Assembly (NCBI RefSeq): GCF_009914755.1
Contig: NC_060932.1
Source: the human T2T-CHM13v2.0 reference genome, Homo sapiens
Direction: 5' to 3' (one strand)
Length of the DNA: 64,000 nucleotides
In this document: positions 31,030 through 47,236 of the stretch, piece by piece
Numbering within the stretch: the first letter of the stretch is position 1
Layout: each line of letters opens with the position of its first letter
Notes under the pieces: model-generated
Told to the model about the DNA's origin: nothing
The model's input: the letters and a program-made list of their open reading frames with translations, nothing else
Database searches by the model: none
Translations under genes and position numbers: made by a program

Positions 31030-31678
31030 CTAGAGAATTTCAGAAACAATAATACTTCATTTTCCATGTAACATTTATTTATATTATTAAAGCACAAGAC
31101 ATAATTTTAGCAGCCTTCTCTAACAATGCTAGTTCCCATTTTATGCCAGATAGCAAAAAAAATTCAGTCCTGTATTTTTTATTTCTTAGGATTCAAAAGA
31201 GAGAAAGGCAGGAAGTGGGGAGGGAAGGCATAGTGAATAAGCTATGGGTTCAATAGTGAAGTAGTATTATATCCCAGTGATTTAACAATTTTAAAAGTTT
31301 TGTTAATAACAAACAGGCTAGTCATTAAGAATAGCTTCAATCTTTAAAAAGTGCTACCCTGTCAGTATCTCAGGAAAGATAAATTGACAACAACAAACCT
31401 CCCAGACACAAACTCAAAAGCTAGATGCTTACTGAGAAATTATGATGTGCCAGGAATTGTCTTAGTACCTTACCTAATTCAATTTAATCTTATCCTCATT
31501 TTGCAGAGGAGGGAACCAAGGCACAAAAAACTTAACTTGGTAACATCATACAGCTAGAGGGTGGTAGAGCCATGATTTCAACTCTAACAGTATGACTCCA
31601 AAGCCTGCACAATTATTGTAGCACAGGGATCAGAAACACTCAACACCATCAGTCATAAAGCTATATAAACATTTTACA

Positions 31679-31938
31679 GGCTGGGTGTGGTGGCTCATGC
31701 CTGTAATCCCAGCACTTTGGGAGGCCAAGGTGGGCAGATCATGAGATCAAGACCCCGTCTCTACCAAAAATACAAAAATTAGCTGGGCATGCTGGCGCGC
31801 GCCTATAGTCCCAGCTACTCAGGAGGCTGAGACAGGAGAATCACTTGAACCCAGGAGGCGGAGGTTGCACTGAGCCAAGGTTGTGCCACTGCACTCCAGC
31901 CTGGTGACAGAGCAAGACACTGTCTTAAAAAAAAAAAT
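31679..31938 (+). mobile_element. Alu with internal deletion in the left arm
   Basis: GAGATCAAGACC joins directly to CCGTCTCTAC. Confidence 0.9.
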
Positions 31939-31954
31939 ATTTTTTTTTACCCTG

Positions 31955-32525
31955 GATGGGGAAGACATTAACATAGTAGGATTGATGTTACTCTTTACAA
32001 GGGCCTGACTAGTAGGGCTGGCATTGGCTGGTGTCTGAGAACTTGGTTTTTGCAATATTCCAACATTACTAACTGGTAAGGCTGTTTTGAATGTCTGGAG
32101 CAATGAACCATGCTGTATCAGACTGCCTGGACTATTTGTGCAAACAATGCAGTTCAAGATGAACATGTGCTTTCTTCAGGGATTCTGGAATTTCAGTAAT
32201 CATGGCTGGTTGTGCAGATAGAAAATGCCCATGGAACTAGCTTCCAATAAAAACACTGAGCTCTGACTCTAAAGTGGGCTTCCCTAAGCACAAATAATGT
32301 ATACATGTTGATACATTTCACTAGTGGAAGAAGTGTGTTCTTTGCAATAACTCATTCCCCTGCTTGAGACAGAACTTTGAAAGCCTGCACCTGGATTCCT
32401 CAAGACTCCGCCTAATGTTTGTTTCTTCCCCTGCTGATCTTGCTGTGGGTCCTTTTGCTACAATAAACAATAACTATTAAGTACAACTGCTTCTGAGTCC
32501 TGTTGAGTTCTTTTAGCAGGTTACC
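31955..32525 (+). mobile_element. ERVL LTR (MER68-like)
   Basis: TTAACATAG..TTGGCTGGTGTCTG.GAACTTGG..CCAATAAAAAC..CAATAAAC..TCTGAGTCCTG motifs of the recalled consensus. Confidence 0.6.
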
Positions 32526-32526
32526 C

Positions 32527-32826
32527 AAAGTAGCTTTGGTAAATAAAACTAAAGCTGTTTGCAGTACCAAAATGATTGTTTTAGGGTCCTACCGCTAATA
32601 CAGTAGGACAAAGGACTAAGATATATTATTTTATGCATACATTTTAAAATATAAAGACAATTCTTTATCTGACCAGAAGCTAAGTGATGGAAACATTTTG
32701 GTATAAAAAGCCTTTGTACCTCTCAGTCTGTCTCAATAACTCTACCACTAAAACAGTAGGACCCTAAAACAGTCATTTTGGTACCATAAGCACCCTTTCC
32801 ACACTTTTGTTTGCCAAAGCTACTTT
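32527..32826. repeat. Composite inverted repeat enclosing a direct copy of nearby intronic DNA
   Basis: 32564-32592 vs 32756-32784 inverted 28/29; 32527-32548 vs 32805-32826 inverted 20/22; 32641-32743 resembles 33242-33321 plus 33617-33659. Confidence 0.9.
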
Positions 32827-33045
32827 CTCACAATGACGTGGTTTTTCCAAGTAGTTTTATCAAAAAGAAAATGAGTACTTGGTCTGGATTCTTAAACTTA
32901 GGTGTAATTTACATTGTAAATAAATTCCTTTTGGTTTAAAAAATTTGTCCTTTTATAAATAAGCTGAATATACTTAGCTAGTTTACCACACATTAAGACA
33001 CAAATAGCCTCATTGGATCACACAACACTTTCTAGAAACACTTAC

Positions 33046-33159
33046 ATGTAAGGGCTGTTCTGCAACTACCAACATTCTGTGTTCTGCGTATTTCCGCACA
33101 TACTCATATACATTCTGTGGAGTGACTGGTATATTTACACCATTAGGAATGAGTTCAAC
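33046..33159 (-). CDS. UBR5: UBR5 exon 56 (HECT)
   Basis: VELIPNGVNIPVTPQNVYEYVRKYAEHRMLVVAEQPLH; 114 nt, phase 0-0. Confidence 0.97.
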
Positions 33160-33321
33160 CTGTGAAAAATTTACCAGTGCTATTTAAAGGCAATTTTGTC
33201 AAAGCAGTAAAACATTACTGTTTATAAAACTAGTTCCTAAAATTTTTAAATATAAACACAATTATTTATTTGACCAGAATCTAAGAGATGGAAACATTTT
33301 AGGCCAAAAAAAGGACAAGCC

Positions 33322-33617
33322 GCCAGGCGCAGTGGCTCACGCCTGTAATCCCAACACTTTGGGAGGCCAAGGTGGGTGGATCATGAGGTCAGGAGATCGA
33401 GACCATCCTGGCCAACATGGTGAAACCCCATCTCTACTAAAAATACAAAAATTAGGTGGGCGTGGTGGCGCGTACCTGTAATCCCAGCTACTGGGGAGGC
33501 TGAGGCAGGAGAATCGCTTGAACCAGGGAGTCAAGAGGTTGCAGTGAGCTGAGATTGTGCCACTACACTCCAGCCTGGCGACAGAGCAAGACTCCATCTC
33601 ACACACACACACACACA
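33322..33617 (+). mobile_element. Alu whose tail is (CA)9
   Basis: full dimer; TSD AAAAG(G/T)ACAAGCC. Confidence 0.95.
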
Positions 33618-33814
33618 AAAAGTACAAGCCCTTCTACCTCAGTCTGTCTCACTAACTCTTGATCCATCTTTAACACCGACAGTATCCATCTCTCCTATGT
33701 GTACACACACGTTCATCTCTTTCATTCCCTAACTAAACTGTCTATACATAAGACAAGCACAGCAGTTTAACCAAATTCTCTTGCCAGAATCAGAAAAGTG
33801 TATATTTGCTTTAC

Positions 33815-33970
33815 CTGTCCTCCACCTTCTTCTTTACACAGGTCAATTGCAAATGCCAAATCCATTGCTGAGAAAACAGCATCAGCATCTGAACTCTGAG
33901 ACGCGAGGATTAGTTGCCGCAAACTCTCATACATTACAGGATCAAAAAAAGCAAAATCATGCCAATTGAC
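33815..33970 (-). CDS. UBR5: UBR5 exon 55 (HECT)
   Basis: VNWHDFAFFDPVMYESLRQLILASQSSDADAVFSAMDLAFAIDLCKEEGGGQ; 156 nt. Confidence 0.97.
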
Positions 33971-34722
33971 CTAAAAAAGTAATCATATGAAACTCAGTTA
34001 TGAAAGAAACAGCATCTTCATTCAATTAATTAGTAAATTAAAATCTGATAAAGAATTTTATCTAATTTGAAGATACATTGATATAGAATAATTTCCCACT
34101 GGGTATATAACTATTTAAAGAGATAAGTTTAATAAATCTTTGGCTCTGACAATATTTGCTTTTCAAAGTATAAGAAGGGTTATATTTTGAAAAAATATAA
34201 AGCCAAAAGCATAATAGTTTTAAAGTTCCAAAACTGCAAAACTTTGCACTACTTATTAAACACCAATTATGGGGAGCAGCCGGCTCTGAACTTAATATAC
34301 ATCTTATTAATTCTTGATAGTAACATAAAATATAGATTATTAAATCCAGATGATAAATCTGACACTCAAGGAAATTTAGTAACTTGCCCCAAGGTCACTT
34401 TATTGGGTTAAACTTGGGTCTATTTAATTAGCTGTTTCCTAAACCCTGCTGAAGACTCAATATATCAACAATTTTATGTTGCCAAGCTTTGAGTCTAGTT
34501 CTTTAAATAAGAACATTTTAGCTGGAACACTTTAAGAATTTAATAGGGTCAGAGTTAAAAAGAAAAAATCATAATATGATATTCTTGTACTAATAGAAAA
34601 TTATTCATCAGTAGGTCTGATTAAAGAGAATTATTAGGAGGCTACAGCTTTAACATGCTTATTTATCAGATGTGTGACATGTACCTCCGGAAAAAACTAT
34701 AACATAAATCCTCAAAGCCATT

Positions 34723-35000
34723 GGCTGGATGTGGTGACTCACACAGAGGCCGAGCTGGGGGAATCACTTGAGGTCAGGAGTTTGAGAAAAGCCTGGCCAA
34801 TATGGTGAAACTCCATCTCTACTAAAAATACAAAAATTAGCCGGGCATGGTTGTATGCGCCTGCAGTCCCAGCTACTTGGGAGGCTGACACAGGAGAATC
34901 ACTTGAACCTGGGAGATGGAGGTTTACAGTGAGCCAAGATCACACCACTGCATTCCAGCACGGGCAATGGAGCGGGACTCCATCTCAAAAAAAAAAAAAA
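34723..35000 (+). mobile_element. Alu
   Basis: dimer with small 5' deletion. Confidence 0.9.
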
Positions 35001-35164
35001 TTAATTAATTAAAGCCGTTGATAGGTTCTTAGCTGTAACTTTGAAATGACAAACAGCAGGTTCTCAAATAACATCATTTCATTATAATGTTGATAAGAAA
35101 AAACTGGTTTCATTTCAATTAGAGTTGCAGTTTCCAAGAACCTATTGACGACAATAAGAACTTA

Positions 35165-35307
<143 letters not shown>

Positions 35308-35618
35308 AAAGGCACTTAGTCTATTCCATTTGTTTTGTGTCAAGTAATTTCTCTAAAATATTTTTAGGAACGTGGGTAGTTTTCTTTTAAATCAAAAGCT
35401 GCATAATTAGCATTGTATATTAATTTTAAAGCAAACGGTTTTTCTTTTCCCCCTGCCATCATAAAGGGAGGTGCAGGCTACCAAACTATCAAAACACATA
35501 AAGATAAGCTAATTCCATCATCCAGAGATCAATACTGAGCATGCTGTGTTGTACTTCTTACATTCTTTGGCCACCCCCATGTACCTCTTATAGGTATTTT
35601 TGAAGTTAGAATGCTCTA

Positions 35619-35932
35619 TTTTTTTTTTGTTTTGTTTTATGAGATAGGGTCTTGCTCTGTCACCCAGGCTGGAGTGCAGTGGTGCAATCATGCCTCACTG
35701 AAGCCTCAAACTCCTGGGCTCAAGCAGATCCTCCTATCTCAGTCTCCCAAGTATAGCTGGGACCACAGGTGCATGCCACCACACGCAGTTAACTTTTAAA
35801 ATTTTTGGTAGAGTCAGAGTCTCGTACGTTGTCCAGGCTGGTCTCAAACTCCTGGGATCAAGAGATGCTTCTGCCTTGGCCTCCCAAAGTGTTGGGATTA
35901 CAGGTGTCAGGCATAAGCCACCGTGCCTGGCC
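35619..35932 (-). mobile_element. Alu (J-like)
   Basis: diverged reverse dimer. Confidence 0.9.
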
Positions 35933-36373
35933 TGGAAGGCTCTTTTCAATACCACTACCTTCTCTAACACCAGGTACAACTAATAATAGTGGATACAATT
36001 TACCAATCACTTACTATTTGCCAGGTACTTACGATGTTGTGTTTCTTACCAATTTATAAATGGGGAAACATGGCAGAAATGTCAGCATATTTGTTTGCAA
36101 CAGGACGTAGGTCTGTCAGACCCCCCAGCCCCACTTGTGTTATCTACTCTGCTATGCCATCTCCCCATAGTCTTTTTCTGTCATTAATTTATTAATTTTA
36201 TTTTTGTTGACCATAATTGTATAATTAAATGTTTTAAAGTTATTTATAATGGCTGTAATGCTTTAAGATTTAATAGTAAATGAATGTTATAAACAGTATG
36301 CTAGCGTTTGATTATTTTATAAAAGAAAATTTTTGCAATTGTGAATACAATTAGGTTCATCAAAATCACTTAC

Positions 36374-36458
36374 TTTTCTACCAAGCAATACTTTAATTAC
36401 ATGTCTATTCAATGTGATAGGACATAGTTCATTCTGTAACAGACATAGTCCAAGAATC
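36374..36458 (-). CDS. UBR5: UBR5 exon 54 (HECT)
   Basis: (R)ILGLCLLQNELCPITLNRHVIKVLLGRK; 85 nt. Confidence 0.97.
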
Positions 36459-36647
36459 CTAAAAACAAACACAGAGAAATAAGATTTAAATAATTCTAGA
36501 ATACATATATCCCCCCACACATAATACGTATTAATATTTTGAGAAATTCTCTACAGCCTCCTTTCTATTCAGCATAAAGTACAGCACATACACTTTTTCA
36601 AAAAACAAAACAAAACAAAAAAAAACAGGAACACCAGCCTGAGAATG

Positions 36648-36909
36648 TTTTGTTTTTGAGACAGGGTCTCACTCTGTCAACCCAGGCTGAAGTGCAGTGC
36701 CACAGTCAGGTCATCCTCCTACGCCAGCCTCCCAAGTAGCTGGGACTACAGGCATTGCAGCACAATGCCCGCTAGTATTTTTTTATTTTTAGTAAAGACA
36801 GGGTTTCGCCATGTTGCCCAGGCAGGTCTCCAACTCCTGGGCTCAAGTGATCCTCCCAGTTCAGTCTCCCAAAGTGCTGAGATTACAGGTGTGAGCCACC
36901 GCACCCAGC
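36648..36909 (-). mobile_element. Alu (J-like, internally deleted)
   Basis: reverse Alu consensus. Confidence 0.88.
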
Positions 36910-36999
36910 GTACATACATTTTAAAACAAATATATTTTAGAAAATCTCATAAATTGAAATGTTTTAAAAAATTCAAACCCAAGATTAAAGTTCTTTTAC

Positions 37000-37178
37000 C
37001 TGCCAATGTTTCTGAAACAATTCAACCTTGCTTCTGTGTTCTTGCCAGGCCTTGGAGTATAAAATCCTCTTTTCCCAGGTTGGTAAAACAAAGGGGCATT
37101 GTCATCACCATCATCTGTATCATCTAAATCCATATCTACTACACTTCGACTAGAGCCATGGCGCTTTCGGTTTTCCTG
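37000..37178 (-). CDS. UBR5: UBR5 exon 53; NAGNAG acceptor (alternative start 37175)
   Basis: QENRKRHGSSRSVVDMDLDDTDDGDDNAPLFYQPGKRGFYTPRPGKNTEARLNCFRNIG(R); acceptor tagCAG. Confidence 0.96.
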
Positions 37179-37439
37179 CTAACAGAGAATATCAGAGAGT
37201 AAGCCCCAAGATTCACTGAAAAAACAAAACATATGAAATGGTTCTCTCAAATCATTCAAATGAAGTCAGGTAGGAAGAGCAACATAAATATTTAAATATA
37301 TGTGTATAACAATATTAAAGGTAAATGAACTTTTAATTTGCCCTTTCAGAATGTGACACACAAAGCTTGTGTATTATTAGGTCTTTAACGTCTCTGTTGT
37401 TAAAATAAAGTCATTTAATGAAACTCGGATAAGCTTCTT

Positions 37440-38350
37440 TCACTTTATTGCCTGAAAATTCTTTTCACTGGATACAGAATTCTGTCATCACTTTGATGAG
37501 TTTGTTGACTTTTGGCTTTCATACTTTATAGTGAGAAATCCACTCTTTCAAATCACTGTTTCCCTATAGGTAAAGAACCATTCTTTGGCTGCTTTCAATA
37601 ACATTTCTTTATTTTACAGAAGTTTGATTATAATGTATCTGGACATAGTTTTCTTTCAGTTTATTCTGTTGAGTTCACTGACTCTTGAATCTGGAAATCT
37701 ATGTCTTTTACCAAATTTAGGAAGTGCCCAGCCATGATTTATTTCTTCAAATATTTTTTCTATAGCAATTTCTTCTCTTCCCCTGAGTATTTCAGTGACA
37801 TATATGTTAGATCTTTTGAAGTTGTCCCACAGGTCTCCCTGAAACTGTCCTTTTGTTTTAAAATATTTTCTCTATCTGTTCTTCAGAAAGGGTAATTTCC
37901 ATCTATCTTCAAGCTGACTGACACTTTCCTCCAACACCTTCATTCAGCTATTGATGCATCCTGTGAATTTTTTTCTTTTAGATATTGCCCTTTTAATTCT
38001 AAAAATTTCCCTTTGTTCTCTTTTGAAGTTCCTGTGTGTGTCTGCTGAGAACCTCTGTCTTTCCATTCACCAGTGTTCACCATTATCTTGCAGAACATGG
38101 GATAGTCTTTGATAATTCCAACAAGTGGGTCATCTCGTGGTTGCCATCTATTGGTTCTTTTCCTGAGAGAGGTGGATCCAGTTTTTCCTGGTTCTTTGTA
38201 GGCTGAGTAATTTTAGAGTGTATCCTGGGCATTGTGAATTAGTTGTGAAAACTCTGAGTCTTAGTAAATTAATATGAATTTAGTAGGCAATCAACCTACT
38301 TAGGTTCAAATTGGAAGTCTCACCTTCTATGTGCAATTGTTTCAATGCCA
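37440..38350 (-). mobile_element. Old L1 (L1M) fragment
   Basis: T-rich text typical of antisense L1M (TTTGATTATAATGTATCT..ATGTCTTTTACCAAATTTAGGAAG). Confidence 0.6.
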
Positions 38351-38846
38351 ACTAAAAAGGCTTCCTTATGCTATAGCATGATATGTCACTTGTTTTTGCA
38401 ATGTTGGCACCAGCTACTTCTTTGAAGAATGAGTCCCAGGAGTCCTAGAACTCCTGATCTCGTGATCTGCCCACCTCGGTCTCCCAAAGGGCTGGGATTA
38501 CAGGCGTGAGCCACCACACCTGGTGAATTAGTCCTAGGATTCTATACATCTTTCCCTCTCTGTTCTTCAATTTGTTACTTATTCAAAGTAAAGCTTAATT
38601 CAAGCTGTGCTCAAATGGATGCCAACCAATGGGTGGGATTATACTGAGCCCTAATTAAGCCAAGCTTATTATTTGATTCTATGCATAATACCGATATATT
38701 TATCTTTGCTTCTGTCTCTCTACTGTAAACATTCATTTTATTTATAAAGACAGTTTCTTCAGAAATCCTGCTTTCATCCCCTTTATTGAAATTTCCTTGT
38801 AATTTAAATTCTGTGATTATCAGCACATGAATAAAATGTTCCTTAC

Positions 38847-38907
38847 CTGTACCTTTTCTGAGGAGTCTACTAATCCAAGATCCAGGATACTATCAGCTCC
38901 ATTTTCC
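38847..38907 (-). CDS. UBR5: UBR5 exon 52
   Basis: (R)ENGADSILDLGLVDSSEKVQ; 61 nt. Confidence 0.95.
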
Positions 38908-39759
38908 CTAAAAACAAAAAGCCTTTCACATTCCAGATAACGGAGACTTCTAGAATTTAGCGTATAATTTAAATTTAAAAGGACTTACTTACAAAATACA
39001 TTCAAGTTTTGGAGTCAATAAATATCCAATGCACCTGCTAGTACTAATGCAGTATGAGCAGAGAAGTTGGTAATACAAATCTTTAAAAAAGTGTATCACT
39101 AGATCCTTCATGTATGATTCAAGATAGTGGACTAAAGGCTCCCTGACAAAATGAATGTGGTCTTCATAGGGGTGCTGGAACACTTCTACAATGCTCAGAG
39201 GGAGCACTACAGAAGAACAGAAAAATGTTCAGAAAGCAATCCAAATTCACTAGCAAATTCTCTAGCGAATTTAATGATTCTAGAACACCAATAAATTCAC
39301 TGTTTACTCCAGAAAGCCAGGTGAAAGCTGTCAATATTGTACATTGGTTGCATTCAACAGAAAACATGACTAAATACGCAACTCTTAACATATACTCACA
39401 AAAATCTTTTCACCAAAAATGTACATTGTTCTTGATTTTTCTATAATGGACTAAGCTATACCAGTATGCAGTAGCTCCAGAGACAGGGCAGAGGAATAAA
39501 CGAACAGTACATAAAATCCAGAGAAGAAAAGAGCATCAGCAAAGAAAATACAGTTCTCTCAACAGTCTTTGGCTTGGACCATTAAAAGGCTCTAGAAGTG
39601 GCTGTTTAGCTCTAGTGCCCAGCCTACCAGCTTATACATCTCTAGGAGTGTATCTAATCTAAATTCCTAACTCATTAGGAAGAAAAAAATACAACTTTTC
39701 ATCTAAAATAATAAACACTTCAAAGTTTCAAACTGGGTATCAGATTAGCCCCAGGATAG

Positions 39760-40403
<644 letters not shown>

Positions 40404-40876
40404 TTATCTTCCTAAGTCACTTTTACTTGTCACCTTGGAAAAAGGGATATGTAATCTGTTAGATATTTTTTAGATTTTATATTAAATTCATACTTTACAG
40501 AATAGAAAGCAAAAACTTCCATGAATTTTTAAGACAAATCAGGAAGCCTAAAAGAAATGTCATGGTTATGGCAAGAACACAGTATAATATGTATGGCCTT
40601 TGCCAGGAGGGTATTCTGATAAGTGAATTTGAGATGTACTTTCTTTCAAGTAATTTCCAAATAACCTTGGTAACTATTAAAACCCTACCTTTCTAATACA
40701 TGAGAAGAAACTAAGCTGTCTCATTCATGGAATTTAAGCTATCATTTAAAAAATAAATAAAAATGCATTTAAAGTCTTATACTTTATGACATAAATTTTA
40801 AGATATGATGGCACCCACATACTGAAAGTAAGTAGCTGATGTTTAAACTGAAATGCCTTCCCAATTGTACACATTA

Positions 40877-41077
<201 letters not shown>

Positions 41078-41938
41078 TTATTTAAAAAAAAAATAAAATA
41101 AGAAACTTGGGTAACAAATACAAAATTTCAGAACCAGTAAGGTCTTTTATGAAACTGGAAGATCAATTATAGAGAAACTTGGCAGGGAATAAACAGTCCA
41201 TGCAGTACCACATCTTGTTAAGGCTACTTATAATATTTGTATGACAAGTTTTCTTTTTAGGTTTTTTTATATCTCTGAGTTAAACATACATATACTCAAT
41301 TTCCATATTTTTTTCTTCATCAGAGAGCCAGAAATATCTTTTATTTAGGGTAGAAAAAAAGAAGGGGGTAGGGTAGAGAAAAATATACCTATGTTTAAGG
41401 CTGAGGACTTGCTGGAAGAAATAATAGTTTTCTGTTATTCTTTCACTATAAAATGTGTACATACAGTTATGCATAAAGACAAAAAACATAACTAATTTGT
41501 GTTTCATATCATATAAAGAAAAACTCTTGATAGAACATTCAAAATAAAATTCTTCCTGCAATACTAATCAGCATTAATGTGTTCCAACTACAGCTTGCTA
41601 ACAGATAAAGTCTGCTCCAAAAGTAGTAATAATTTGTTCAAATGAAGATACAATAAATATAATGCACAGCAAATTCTTTAGCATGCAAGGAAGGTAGAAT
41701 GGAGACAGTGTCCCAACATAAGGTGGGTGGAGGAAAAAATAAATTCAAGCTATACAGTTACCCTTCAGTAAACACTGCCTTATTCTCTCCTGAGCTTCCT
41801 TCTTACTGCAGAGCTAAAAAGAGTCCTCAATCATGTGGTTTTGCCAGTAGCTGACAATTTTTTTTAAACACCATCTTTAATTCAAAAGCAAAAAAATAAC
41901 ACAGCCAGTTAAGAGGTAACTAAGTACACAGTACACAC

Positions 41939-42083
41939 TGGTTGCATTGCTTGTACACGAGGATAAAGCCTCTCTCCAAGTGCCTGCCGATGTGCTGGCA
42001 AAGGCTCAGGATCATCGCTAGGATTCCCTTCAGAGGCTGGTCTAAAGGGCCTAGTGTCGATGGAAAGCTGTCTTCTAAAGTCT
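41939..42083 (-). CDS. UBR5: UBR5 exon 50 (start of MLLE)
   Basis: DFRRQLSIDTRPFRPASEGNPSDDPEPLPAHRQALGERLYPRVQAMQP; 145 nt. Confidence 0.97.
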
Positions 42084-42398
42084 CTGTAAGAGAAGGAAAA
42101 CTATTATGACTTCATTTCCTTTGACTAACAAGTAAAAATATTAGCACAACTAGTAAAAAAGTTAGAAAACCAGAGCATATAGGTTGTTCAGTTATGGTAC
42201 CTAGGTGGTAGAGTGCCAAAACAGATGATGGTTAGGAAATAAAGATTATCTAGATTTTGTTACTTAATTTAAAATTTTTATTGTAAGGGAGTAGGACCTT
42301 AACATACCAGATATCAAGAGTCCACACATAATTCTGGAAATTTTAGTCAAAAGTAAAATGCAATCCATCTTAACAAGAGAAAACTTCAAAGATTCTAA

Positions 42399-42725
<327 letters not shown>

Positions 42726-43033
42726 TGAAGACTTTTTAAGATAAACTTAGGAGAGAATGATATGGGTAAAAAAATTCAAATAGGAACTTGAGTCAGATAA
42801 AAAGAATATAATTTCAACCGCCTCTGGGTTTTTAAAGCAGAACTTTTTATTAGTTAATAGACTATTCTTAGTTATTGTATTTTATTAACAGACTATTCTT
42901 AGTTACTATACATATGTTCAAAATTAAAACTTTACTTTTCTAAAAAATAATCCATAATTAAGATTCTTTCATTTACAGGCCTATCTCTAATTCATCCAAA
43001 AAGGTGGTATTGAATCAAAGATACAAAATTTAC

Positions 43034-43145
43034 CTATCCCGGTCCCTCCGAGAACCTGCTCGCAAACCACTACTCCTCCTCATTTCCCTTTCTCTCTCCC
43101 TTTCCCGGTCTCTCTCTCCTCGGTTCCTTAATCTCTGCATTAAAC
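43034..43145 (-). CDS. UBR5: UBR5 exon 49 (Arg/Glu-rich)
   Basis: LMQRLRNRGERDREREREREMRRSSGLRAGSRRDRD; 112 nt, phases fit both neighbours. Confidence 0.95.
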
Positions 43146-44428
43146 CTAGAAGAAAATCAGAAATATACTGTATTTAGATGAATGCAAATTCAACTACCTT
43201 AAATTTCAAAGTCAATGCAAAGAAATGAGACAAATGTAAGAAAACATGACAGCTAAAGATTATCCTTCCCTAGCATCTGTGTTGTTAATGCCTTTCTCTC
43301 CCTATGGGTTTTCAGGGTTGGAGGTGATTGTGTAGAATATACCTGGCACGAAATAGATGTTCACTCAATATTTGTTAATCAATTTTCTCCCTTGTCATGT
43401 CAAAGCTGTGAAATAATATATAGCAAGTAAGGTTATGATAGTGTCACTATAAATAACGCTGAAATTTCTTACATGACTAGACTCATTTAAATATCCTCTG
43501 TTCTTAGTTTTTGGCATGAAAGCATTAAAGGCCACCAGAATATTACCTATTATTATTTTTAAATTCCTAAGCCCAAGCCAGAGTATGGTTTCCTATAAGT
43601 GTACAAAACAGATAGTTTGGAAATGTTAAGACTTCCCAGTTTCCTCATTCACATCTCCTAATTTCTTCTCATTATAACATTATAGAAAGTGAAATGGTGA
43701 AACTGATGAAAAGCTGAGGAACTCTCACCCATTTTTTCACCCTCAATCCTTTCTACAGCTCAGTCAGTCTCCATCCACCTACAAGTCTGATAATCTTCTG
43801 CTCCTACTTGATGTGAATCTCCTAAGGCTTTTGTAATTTTCACAAATTTTAAAATTTGATCCTTGTAATCTTAAAACTTAGCTAAGAGTCCTAACCCCAA
43901 AGTGTTGATCCTCAGTGGGGTAATAAGCTTGCACCAGGATTTTTTGTTTTAAGTCTTGCTAAACAGTGAGCTTAGTGACACAGTGGATTTGCATTTGGTT
44001 GTAAAGTCCTTATCTCACTGGGGACCAGGAGCAAGTTTGGAAATCATAATGTGAACAGCACTGCTCTTAGAATAGCATTTTCTTCTCAAATATCCCTGTG
44101 GGTTAAATATTGAAGTGGAGGAAATGCTGCAATTTGATCGGTGAATTTTTATATCACTATGTATTTTACAACCTCTTACCCACCCACAACATGTAACAAT
44201 TGAGATGAAAAACTAGTACAATCACAAACATTTATCAAAATAAATGTGTCCGTAGAATAGCAAATTGTTGTCCATTAGAATAGTTTAAACAAGATTAAAT
44301 CAATCTAGAATAAAAGTATGTAAAAATGCAAATTTATGCACTCACACATATAGAAACCATGATTACCACTGTTGGTTTGAGGAACAAGGAAAGAATTTTA
44401 AGCTGCTTGTTATTTGTAGAGTACTTAC

Positions 44429-44672
44429 TTGTGTGGGTGCCTTTGTTGGCATTTTGGATACACTCTAGATTTGGCAATTTTTCATTTGATAAAAATGCTT
44501 GTGCAATGGCTGTATAAAAACTTCGTGCTACACCACTGCCCTCTCCTGGCTCATCCTTAAATGTGACTTTTACTCTGTGTACAGCCATTGGTGTAGTAGC
44601 ACATCTTCGACCAAAGTGATTGTTAAGCTGCCTCATAGTCTGCTGAATGAGAAGATCTCGATCCCGATCAAC
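44429..44672 (-). CDS. UBR5: UBR5 exon 48
   Basis: [81 protein letters not shown]; 244 nt. Confidence 0.97.
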
Positions 44673-45049
44673 CTATTAAAACACATCAAGAAGTCAAAAA
44701 GTAGTAAATTCAATGTTGGAAAGTAGCTTGAATTTTTCTATGTACAATCTGAAAATCTAGTTTTAGCCTTTCCTTGAGAGTTTAAAAAACAACAAAGTAA
44801 TTGGAGTTCTCAGAAGCTTATCCATTACAAAATACAATACTTTAAAGCATACAAGAATGTCTTGCAAATTAAATCAGGACAACAGAATTTAATTCAATTC
44901 TAACACTTTCTTTCAAAGGTCTATTGGAAAACAATAATCTTGTTCAATTTTGGGATACACCAAAATACCAAATGATCAGAGATGTTAAAAAAAAAATACT
45001 AGAAAAAAAACAGATTCCTTGATGACAAGCTAAGTGGGCGGGAGGCTGG

Positions 45050-47200
<2,151 letters not shown>

Positions 47201-47236
47201 TTTGGTGGTTACAATAAGAAAAAAATAAAAAGAAAC

